From Auanema rhodensis (Eukaryota > Animalia > Nematoda), in NCBI GenBank assembly GCA_964057225.1, contig OZ059900.1, positions 15,810,001 to 15,874,000 of the forward strand: a stretch of 64,000 nucleotides of DNA. The letters are read 5' to 3'. The stretch's first letter is position 1, and each line of letters starts with the position of its first letter. The notes under the pieces were generated by a model. The model was not told where the DNA came from. It was given only the letters and a program-made list of their open reading frames with translations, and made no database searches. The translations under genes were made by a program, and so were the position numbers. This document shows positions 14,401-26,400 of the stretch, piece after piece.

Positions 14401-16645
14401 CTAAAATGGAGCATTTTACATGCTGAACACTAGAAAAATACAAAAACACAGTATTTCCCATGAGAAATATTTTATTATGCTGGAAAACCAGTTTTTGGAA
14501 ATTTCGCTGTAAACAAGGTTTTGACTTACGATTTCATGTGTTCAAACTCATGCAATGTCAATGAAACCTAGCTCAAAATTGTTCGTACAACGTCTAGTTC
14601 CACTTTCACGACAAAAAAACAGGGGTTAGAAAATTAAGGAAATTAGCATATTCTGAGGGCACGCCCCTTATGGCCAATATTGATTAAATCGATTTTTGTT
14701 CATATGAGTCGTCAAATGCAACAAATTTCAGCGTGTTACATACTAAAATGAAGCATTTTACAAGCTGAACACTAGAAAAATACAAAAACACAGTTTTTCC
14801 CATGAGAAATATTTTATTATGCTGGAAAACCAGTTTTTGGAAATTTCGCTGTAAACAAGGTTTTGACTTACGATTTCATGTGTTCAAACTCATGCAATGT
14901 CAATGAAACCTAGCTCAAAATTGTTCGTACAATGTCTAGTTCCACTTTCACGACAAAAAAACAGGGGTTAGAAAATTTAGGAAATTAGCATATTCTGAGG
15001 GCACGCCCCTTATGGCTAATATTGATTAAATCGATTTTGGTTCATATGAGTCGTCAAATGCAACGAATTTCAGCGTGTTACATACTAAAATGAAGCATTT
15101 TACATGCTGAACACTAGAAAAATACAAAAACACAGTTTTACCCATGAGAAATATTTTATTATGCTGGAAAACCAGTTTTTGGAAATTTCGCTGTAAACAA
15201 GGTTTTGACTTACGATTTCATGTGTTCAAACTCATGCAATGTCAATGAAACCTAGCTCAAAATTGTTCGTACAACGTCTAGTTCCACTTTCACGACAAAA
15301 AAACAGGGGTTAGAAAATTTAGGAAATTAGCATATTCTGAGGGCACGCCCCTTATGGCTAATATTGATTAAATCGATTTTTGTTCATATGAGTCGTCAAA
15401 TGCAACGAATTTCAGCGTGTTACATACTAAAATGAAGTATTTCACATGCTGAACACTAGAAAAATACAAAAACACAGTATTTCCCATGAGAAATATTTTA
15501 TTATGCTGGAAAACCAGTTTTTGGAAATTTCGCTGTAAACAAGGTTTTGACTTACGATTTCATGTGTTCAAACTCATGCAATGTCAATGAAACCTTGCTC
15601 AAAATTGTTCCTACAACGTCTAGTTCCACTTTCACGACAAAAAAACAGGGGTTAGAAAATTAAGGAAATTAGCATATTCTGAGGGCACGCCCCTTATGGC
15701 TAATATTGATTAAATCGATTTTTGTTCATATGAGTCGTCAAATGAAACGAATTTCAGGGTGTTACATACTAAAATGAAGCATTTTACATGCTGAACACTA
15801 TAAAAATACAAAAACACAGTATTTCCCATGAGAAATATTTTATTATGCTGGAAAACCAGTTTTTGGAAAGTTCGCTGTAAACAAGGTTTTGACTTACGAT
15901 TTCATGTGTTCAAACTCATGCAATGTCAATGAAACCTAGCTCAAAATTGTTCTTACAACGTCTAATTCCACTTTCACGACAAAAAAACAGGGGTTAGAAA
16001 ATTAAGGAAATTAGCACATTCTGAGGGCACGCCCCTTATGGCTAATATTGATTAAATCGATTTTTGTTCATATGAGTCGTCAAATGCAACGAATTTCAGC
16101 GTGTTACATACTAAAATGAAGTATTTTACATGCTGAACACTAGAAAAATACAAAAACACAGTATTTCCCATGAGAAATATTTTATTATGCTGGAAAACCA
16201 GTTTTTGGAAATTTCGCTGTAAACAAGGTTTTGACTTACGATTTCATGTGTTCAAACTCATGCAATGTCAATGAAACCTAGCTCAAAATTGTTCCTACAA
16301 CGTCTAGTTCCACTTTCACGACAAAAAACAGGGGTTAGAAAATTAAGGAAATTAGCATATTCTGAGGGCACGCCTCTATGGCTTATATTGATTAAATCGA
16401 TTTTTGTTCATATGATTCGTCAAATGCATTGAATTTCAGCGTGTTACATACTAAAATGAAGTGTTTCACATGCTGAACACTAGAAAAATACAAAAACACA
16501 GTATTTCCCATGAGAAATATTTTATTATGCTGGAAAACCAGTTTTTGGAAATTTCGCTGTAAACAAGGTTTTGACTTACGATTTCATGTGTTCAAACTCA
16601 TGCAATGTCAATGAAACCTAGCTCAAAATTGTTCCTACAACGTCT
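5468..16645. repeat. Block duplication: ~5468-10500 recurs at ~12295-16645, with a 2-monomer indel between the copies
   Basis: Private alleles GCATTTAAATG (5541/12368) and AAACTTAGTA (5911/12738) are offset by 6827 bp. Later alleles TACAAGCTG (8619/14763) and the GTGTTTCAC monomer (10250/16394) are offset by 6144 bp. The 683 bp difference equals 2 monomers. Confidence 0.88.
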
Positions 16646-19600
16646 AATTCCACTTTCACGACAAAAAAACAGGGGTTAGAAAATTAAGGAAATTAGCATA
16701 TTCTGAGGGCACGCCCCTTATGGCTAATATTGATTAAATCGATTTTTGTTCATATGAGTCGTCAAATGCAACGAATTTCAGCGTGTTACATACTAAAATG
16801 AAGCATTTTACATGCTGAACACTAGAAAAATACAAAAACACAGTATTTCCCATGAGAAATATTTTATTATGCTGGAAAACCAGTTTTTGGAAATTTCGCT
16901 GTAAACAAGGTTTTGACTTACGATTTCATGTGTTCAAACTCATGCAATGTCAATGAAACCTAGCTCAAAATTGTTCCTACAACGTCTAATTCCACTTTCA
17001 CGACAAAAAAACAGGGGTTAGAAAATTAAGGAAATTAGCATATTCTGAGGGCACGCCCCTTATGGCTAATATTGATTAAATCGATTTTTGTTCATATGAG
17101 TCGTCAAATGCAACGAATTTCAGCGTGTTACATACTAAAATGAAGCATTTTACATGCTGAACACTATAAAAATACAAAAACACAGTATTTCCCATGAGAA
17201 ATATTTTATTATGCTGGAAAACCAGTTTTTGGAAATTTCGCTGTAAACAAGGTTTTGACTTACGATTTCATGTGTTCAAACTCATGCAATGTCAATGAAA
17301 CCTAGCTCAAAATTGTTCCTACAACGTCTAGTTCCACTTTCACGACAAAAAACAGGGGTTAGAAAATTAAGGAAATTAGCATATTCTGAGGGCACGCCTC
17401 TATGGCTTATATTGATTAAATCGATTTTTGTTCATATGATTCGTCAAATGCATTGAATTTCAGCGTGTTACATACTAAAATGAAGTGTTTTACATGCTGA
17501 ACACTAGAAAAATACAAAAACACAGTATTTCCCATGAGAAATATTTTATTATGCTGGAAAACCAGTTTTTGGAAATTTCGCTGTAAACAAGGTTTTGACT
17601 TACGATTTCATGTGTTCAAACTCATGCAATGTCAATGAAACCTAGCTCAAAATTGTTCCTACAACGTCTAGTTCCACTTTCACGACAAAAAACAGGGGTT
17701 AGAAAATTAAGGAAATTAGCATATTCTGAGGGCACGCCCCTTATGGCTAATATTGATTAAATCGATTTTTGTTCATATGAGTCGTCAAATGCAACGAATT
17801 TCAGCGTGTTACATACTAAAATGAAGCATTTTACATGCTGAACACTAGAAAAATACAAAAACACAGTATTTCCCATGAGAAATATTTTATTATGCTGGAA
17901 AACCAGTTTTTGGAAATTTCGCTGTAAACAAGGTTTTGACTTACGATTTCATGTGTTCAAACTCATGCAATGTCAATGAAACCTAGCTCAAAATTGTTCC
18001 TACAACGTCTAATTCCACTTTCACGACAAAAAAACAGGGGTTAGAAAATTAAGGAAATTAGCATATTCTGAGGGCACGCCCCTTATGGCTAATATTGATT
18101 AAATCGATTTTTGTTCATATGAGTCGTCAAATGCAACGAATTTCAGCGTGTTACATACTAAAATGAAGCATTTTACATGCTGAACACTATAAAAATACAA
18201 AAACACAGTATTTCCCATGAGAAATATTTTATTATGCTGGAAAACCAGTTTTTGGAAATTTCGCTGTAAACAAGGTTTTGACTTACGATTTCATGTGTTC
18301 AAACTCATGCAATGTCAATGAAACCTAGCTCAAAATTGTTCCTACAACGTCTAGTTCCACTTTCACGACAAAAAACAGGGGTTAAAAAATTAAGGAAATT
18401 AGCATATTCTGAGGGCACGCCTCTATGGCTTATATTGATTAAATCGATTTTTGTTCATATGATTCGTCAAATGCATTGAATTTCAGCGTGTTACATACTA
18501 AAATGAAGTGTTTTACATGCTGAACACTAGAAAAATACAAAAACACAGTATTTCCCATGAGAAATATTTTATTATGCTGGAAAACCAGTTTTTGGAAATT
18601 TCGCTGTAAACAAGGTTTTGACTTACGATTTCATGTGTTCAAACTCATGCAATGTCAATGAAACCTAGCTCAAAATTGTTCCTACAACGTCTAGTTCCAC
18701 TTTCACGACAAAAAACAGGGGTTAGAAAATTAAGGAAATTAGCATATTCTGAGGGCACGCCCCTTATGGCTAATATTGATTAAATCGATTTTTGTTCATA
18801 TGAGTCGTCAAATGCAACGAATTTCAGCGTGTTACATACTAAAATGAAGCATTTTACATGCTGAACACTAGAAAAATACAAAAACACAGTATTTCCCATG
18901 AGAAATATTTTATTATGCTGGAAAACCAGTTTTTGGAAATTTCGCTGTAAACAAGGTTTTGACTTACGATTTCATGTGTTCAAACTCATGCAATGTCAAT
19001 GAAACCTAGCTCAAAATTGTTCCTACAACGTCTAATTCCACTTTCACGACAAAAAAACAGGGGTTAGAAAATTAAGGAAATTAGCATATTCTGAGGGCAC
19101 GCCCCTTATGGCTAATATTGATTAAATCGATTTTTGTTCATATGAGTCGTCAAATGCAACGAATTTCAGCGTGTTACATACTAAAATGAAGCATTTTACA
19201 TGCTGAACACTATAAAAATACAAAAACACAGTATTTCCCATGAGAAATATTTTATTATGCTGGAAAACCAGTTTTTGGAAATTTCGCTGTAAACAAGGTT
19301 TTGACTTACGATTTCATGTGTTCAAACTCATGCAATGTCAATGAAACCTAGCTCAAAATTGTTCCTACAACGTCTAGTTCCACTTTCACGACAAAAAACA
19401 GGGGTTAGAAAATTAAGGAAATTAGCATATTCTGAGGGCACGCCTCTATGGCTTATATTGATTAAATCGATTTTTGTTCATATGATTCGTCAAATGCATT
19501 GAATTTCAGCGTGTTACATACTAAAATGAAGTGTTTTACATGCTGAACACTAGAAAAATACAAAAACACAGTATTTCCCATGAGAAATATTTTATTATGC

Positions 19601-20146
19601 TGGAAAACCAGTTTTTGGAAATTTCGCTGTAAACAAGGTTTTGACTTACGATTTCATGTGTTCAAACTCATGCAATGTCAATGAAACCTAGCTCAAAATT
19701 GTTCCTACAACGTCTAGTTCCACTTTCACGACAAAAAACAGGGGTTAGAAAATTAAGGAAATTAGCATATTCTGAGGGCACGCCCCTTATGGCTAATATT
19801 GATTAAATCGATTTTTGTTCATATGAGTCGTCAAATGCAACGAATTTCAGCGTGTTACATACTAAAATGAAGCATTTTACATGCTGAACACTAGAAAAAT
19901 ACAAAAACACAGTATTTCCCATGAGAAATATTTTATTATGCTGGAAAACCAGTTTTTGGAAATTTCGCTGTAAACAAGGTTTTGACTTACGATTTCATGT
20001 GTTCAAACTCATGCAATGTCAATGAAACCTAGCTCAAAATTGTTCCTACAACGTCTAATTCCACTTTCACGACAAAAAAACAGGGGTTAGAAAATTAAGG
20101 AAATTAGCATATTCTGAGGGCACGCCCCTTATGGCTAATATTGATT
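16394..20146. repeat. 3-monomer higher-order repeat (period 1023-1024 bp); also present at 10931-12294
   Basis: The GATTCG/GCATTG/GTGTTT monomer starts at 16394, 17418, 18441 and 19464, and at 10931 and 11954. The intervening monomers keep the same allele order (CTAG..CTAATT, then CTAT..CTAGTT). Confidence 0.92.
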
Positions 20147-20488
20147 AAATCGATTTTTGTTCATATGAGTCGTCAAATGCAACGAATTTCAGCGTGTTAC
20201 ATACTAAAATGAAGCATTTTACATGCTGAACACTATGAAAATACAAAAACACAGTATTTCCCATGAGAAATATTTTATTATGCTGGAAAACCAGTTTTTG
20301 GAAATTTCGCTGTAAACAAGGTTTTGACTTACGATTTCATGTGTTCAAACTCATGCAATGTCAATGAAACCTAGCTCAAAATTGTTCCTGCAACGTCTAA
20401 TTCCACTTTCACGACAAAAAAACAGGGGTTAGAAAATTAAGGAAATTAGCATATTCTGAGGGCACGCCCCTTATGGCTAATATTGATT

Positions 20489-23400
20489 AAATCGATTTTT
20501 GTTCATATGAGTCGTCAAATGCAACGAATTTCAGCGTGTTACATACTAAAATGAAGTATTTCACATGCTGAACACTAGAAAAATACAAAAACACAGTATT
20601 TCCCATGAGAAATATTTTATCATGCTGGAAAACCAGTTTTTGGAAATTTCGCTGTAAACAAGGTTTTGACTTACGATTTCATGTGTTCAAACTCATGCAA
20701 TGTCAATGAAACCTAGCTCAAAATTGTTCGTACAACGTCTAGTTCCACTTTCACGACAAAAAAACAGGGGTTAGAAAATTTAGGAAATTAGCATATTCTG
20801 AGGGCACGCCCCTTATGGCTAATATTGATTAAATCGATTTTTGTTCATATGAGTCGTCAAATGAAACGAATTTCAGGGTGTTACATACTAAAATGAAGCA
20901 TTTTACATGCTGAACACTATAAAAATACAAAAACACAGTATTTCCCATGAGAAATATTTTATTTTGCTGGAAAACCAGTTTTTGGAAAGTTCGCTGTAAA
21001 CAAGGTTTTGACTTACGATTTCATGTGTTCAAACTCATGCAATGTCAATGAAACCTAGCTCAAAATTGTTCGTACAACGTCTAGTTCCACTTTCACGACA
21101 AAAAAACAGGGGTTAGAAAATTTAGGAAATTAGCATATTCTGAGGGCACGCCCCTTATGGCTAATATTGATTAAATCGATTTTTGTTCATATGAGTCGTC
21201 AAATGAAACGAATTTCAGGGTGTTACATACTAAAATGAAGCATTTTACATGCTGAACACTATAAAAATACAAAAACACAGTATTTCCCATGAGAAATATT
21301 TTATTTTGCTGGAAAACCAGTTTTTGGAAAGTTCGCTGTAAACAAGGTTTTGACTTACGATTTCATGTGTTCAAACTCATGCAATGTCAATGAAACCTAG
21401 CTCAAAATTGTTCCTACAACGTCTAATTCCACTTTCACGACAAAAAAACAGGGGTTAGAAAATTAAGGAAATTAGCACATTCTGAGGGCACGCCCCTTAT
21501 GGCTAATATTGATTAAATCGATTTTTGTTCATATGAGTCGTCAAATGCAACGAATTTCAGCGTGTTACATACTAAAATGAAGTATTTTACATGCTGAACA
21601 CTAGAAAAATACAAAAACACAGTATTTCCCATGAGAAATATTTTATTATGCTGGAAAACCAGTTTTTGGAAATTTCGCTGTAAACAAGGTTTTGACTTAC
21701 GATTTCATGTGTTCAAACTCATGCAATGTCAATGAAACCTAGCTCAAAATTGTTCCTACAACGTCTAATTCCACTTTCACGACAAAAAAACAGGGGTTAG
21801 AAAATTAAGGAAATTAGCACATTCTGAGGGCACGCCCCTTATGGCTAATATTGATTAAATCGATTTTTGTTCATATGAGTCGTCAAATGCAACGAATTTC
21901 AGCGTGTTACATACTAAAATGAAGTATTTTACATGCTGAACACTAGAAAAATACAAAAACACAGTATTTCCCATGAGAAATATTTTATTATGCTGGAAAA
22001 CCAGTTTTTGGAAATTTCGCTGTAAACAAGGTTTTGACTTACGATTTCATGTGTTCAAACTCATGCAATGTCAATGAAACCTAGCTCAAAATTGTTCCTA
22101 CAACGTCTAATTCCACTTTCACGACAAAAAAACAGGGGTTAGAAAATTAAGGAAATTAGCATATTCTGAGGGCACGCCCCTTATGGCTAATATTGATTAA
22201 ATCGATTTTTGTTCATATGAGTCGTCAAATGCAACGAATTTCAGCGTGTTACATACTAAAATGAAGCATTTTACATGCTGAACACTATAAAAATACAAAA
22301 ACACAGTATTTCCCATGAGAAATATTTTATTATGCTGGAAAACCAGTTTTTGGAAATTTCGCTGTAAACAAGGTTTTGACTTACGATTTCATGTGTTCAA
22401 ACTCATGCAATGTCAATGAAACCTAGCTCAAAATTGTTCCTACAACGTCTAATTCCACTTTCACGTCAAAAAAACAGGGGTTAGAAAATTAAGGAAATTA
22501 GCATATTCTGAGGGCACGCCCCTTATGGCTAATATTGATTAAATCGATTTTTGTTCATATGAGTCGTCAAATGCAACGAATTTCAGCGTGTTACATACTA
22601 AAATGAACCATTTTACACGCTGAACACTAGAAAAATACAAAAACACAGTATTTCCCATGAGAAATATTTTATTATGCTGGAAAACCAGTTTTTGGAAAGT
22701 TCGCTGTAAACAAGGTTTTGACTTACGATTTCATGTGTTCAAACTCATGCAATGTCAATGAAACCTAGCTCAAAATTGTTCCTACAACGTCTAGTTCCAC
22801 TTTCACGACAAAAAACAGGGGTTAGAAAATTAAGGAAATTAGCATATTCTGAGGGCACGCCCCTTATGGCTAATATTGATTAAATCGATTTTTGTTCATA
22901 TGAGTCGTCAAATGCAACGAATTTCAGCGTGTTACATACTAAAATGAAGCATTTTACATGCTGAACACTAGAAAAATACAAAAACACAGTATTTCCCATG
23001 AGAAATATTTTATTATGCTGGAAAACCAGTTTTTGGAAATTTCGCTGTAAACAAGGTTTTGACTTACGATTTCATGTGTTCAAACTCATGCAATGTCAAT
23101 GAAACCTAGCTCAAAATTGTTCCTACAACGTCTAATTCCACTTTCACGACAAAAAAACAGGGGTTAGAAAATTAAGGAAATTAGCATATTCTGAGGGCAC
23201 GCCCCTTATGGCTAATATTGATTAAATCGATTTTTGTTCATATGAGTCGTCAAATGCAACGAATTTCAGCGTGTTACATACTAAAATGAAGCATTTTACA
23301 TGCTGAACACTATAAAAATACAAAAACACAGTATTTCCCATGAGAAATATTTTATTATGCTGGAAAACCAGTTTTTGGAAATTTCGCTGTAAACAAGGTT

Positions 23401-26400
23401 TTGACTTACGATTTCATGTGTTCAAACTCATGCAATGTCAATGAAACCTAGCTCAAAATTGTTCGTACAACGTCTAGTTCCACTTTCACGACAAAAAAAC
23501 AGGGGTTAGAAAATTAAGGAAATTAGCATATTCTGAGGGCACGCCCCTTATGGCTAATATTGATTAAATCGATTTTTGTTCATATGAGTCGTCAAATGCA
23601 ACGAATTTTAGCGTGTTACATACTAAAATGAAGCATTTTACATGCTGAACACTAGAAAAATACAAAAACACAGTATTTCCCATGAGAAATATTTTATTAT
23701 GCTGGAAAACCAGTTTTTGGAAATTTCGCTGTAAACGAGGTTTTGACTTACGATTTCATGTGTTCAAACTCATGCAATGTCAATGAAACCTTGCTCAAAA
23801 TTGTTCCTACAACGTCTAGTTCCACTTTCACGACAAAAAAACAGGGGTTAGAAAATTAAGGAAATTAGCATATTCTGAGGGCACGCCCCTTATGGCTAAT
23901 ATTGATTAAATCGATTTTTGTTCATATGAGTCGTCAAATGCAACAAATTTCAGCGTGTTACATACTAAAATGAAGCATTTTACATGCTGAACACTAGAAA
24001 AATACAAAAACACAGTTTTTCCCATGAGAAATATTTTATTATGCTGGAAAACCAGTTTTTGGAAATTTCGCTGTAAACAAGGTTTTGACTTACGATTTCA
24101 TGAGTTCAAACTCATGCAATGTCAATGAAACCTAGCTCAAAATTGTTCGTACAACGTCTAGTTCCACTTTCACGACAAAAAACAGGGGTTAGAAAATTAA
24201 GGAAATTAGCATATTCTGAGGGCACGCCCCTTATGGCTAATATTGATTAAATCGATTTTTGTTCATATGAGTCGTCAAATGCAACGAATTTCAGCGTGTT
24301 ACATACTAAAATGAAGCATTTTACATGCTGAACACTAGAAAAATACAAAAACACAGTTTTTCCCATGAGAAATATTTTATTATGCTGGAAAACCAGTTTT
24401 TGGAAATTTCGCTGTAAACAAGGTTTTGACTTACGATTTCATGTGTTCAAACTCATGCAATGTCAATGAAACCTAGCTCAAAACTGTTCGTACAACGTCT
24501 AGTTCCACTTTCACGACAAAAAAACAGGGGTTAGAAAATTAAGGAAATTAGCATATTCTGAGGGCACGCCCCTTATGGCTAATATTGATTAAATCGATTT
24601 TTGTTCATATGAGTCGTCAAATGCAACGAATTTCAGCGTGTTACATACTAAAATGAAGTATTTTACATGCTGAACACTAGAGAAATACAAAAACACAGTA
24701 TTTCCCATAAGAAGTATTTTATTATGCTGGAAAACCAGTTTTTGGAAATTTCGCTGTAAACAAGATTTTGACTTACGATTTCATGTGTTCAAACTCATGC
24801 AATGTCAATGAAACCTAGCTCAAAATTGTTCGTACAACGTCTAGTTCCACTTTCACGACAAAAAAACAGGGGTTAGAAAATTAAGGAAATTAGCATATTC
24901 TGAGGGCACGCCCCTTATGGCTAATATTGATTAAATCGATTTTTGTTCATATGAGTAGTCAAATGCAACGAATTTCAGCGTGTTACATACTTAAATGAAG
25001 CATTTTACATGCTGAACACTAGAAAAATACAAAAACACAGTATTTCCCATGAGAAATATTTTATTATGCTGGAAACCAGTTTTTGGAATTTTCGCTGTAA
25101 ACAAGGTTTTGACTTACGATTTCATGTGTTCAAACTCATGCAATGTCAATAAAACCTAGCTCAAAATTGTTCGTACAACGTCTAGTTCCACTTTCACGAC
25201 AAAAAAACAGGGGTTAGAAAATTTAGGAAATTAGCATATTCTGAGGGCACGCCCCTTATGGCTAATATTGATTAAATCGATTTTTGTTCATATAAGTCGT
25301 CAAATGCAACGAATTTCAGCGTGTTACAAACTAAAATGAAGTATTTTACATGCTGAACACTAGAAAAATACAAAAACACAGTATTTCCCATGAGAAATAT
25401 TTTATTATGCTGGAAAACCAGTTTTTGGAAATTTCGCTGTAAACAAGGTTATGACTTACGATTTCATGTGTTCAAACTCATGCAATGTCAATGAAACCTA
25501 GCTCAAAATTGTTCGTACAACGTCTAGTTCCACTTTCACGACAAAAAAACAGGGGTTAGAAAATTTAGGAAATTAGCATATTCTGAGGGCACGCCCCTTA
25601 TGGCTAATATTGATTAAATCGATTTTTGTTCATATAAGTCGTCAAATGCAACGAATTTCAGCGTGTTACAAACTAAAATGAAGTATTTTACATGCTGAAC
25701 ACTAGAAAAATACAAAAACACAGTATTTCCCATGAGAAATATTTTATTATGCTGGAAAACCAGTTTTTGGAAATTTCGCTGTAAACAAGGTTATGACTTA
25801 CGATTTCATGTGTTCAAACTCATGCAATGTCAATGAAACCTAGCTCAAAATTGTTCGTACAACGTCTAGTTCCACTTTCACGACAAAAAAACAGGGGTTA
25901 GAAAATTTAGGAAATTAGCATATTCTGAGGGCACGCCCCTTATGGCTAATATTGATTAAATCGATTTTTGTTCATATGAGTCGTCAAATGCAACGAATTT
26001 CAGCGTGTTACATACTAAAATGAAGTATTTTACATGCTGAACACTAGAAAAGTACAAAAACACAGTATTTCCCATGAGAAATATTTTATTATGCTGGAAA
26101 ACCAGTTTTTGGAAATTTCGCTGTAAACAAGGTTTTGACTTACGATTTCATGAGTTCAAACTCATGCAATGTCAATGAAACCTAGCTCAAAATTGTTCGT
26201 ACAACGTCTAGTTCCACTTTCACGACAAAAAACAGGGGTTAGAAAATTAAGGAAATTAGCATATTCTGAGGGCACGCCCCTTATGGCTAATATTGATTAA
26301 ATCGATTTTTGTTCATATGAGTCGTCAAATGCAACGAATTTCAGCGTGTTACATACTAAAATGAAGCATTTTACATGCTGAACACTAGAAAAATACAAAA

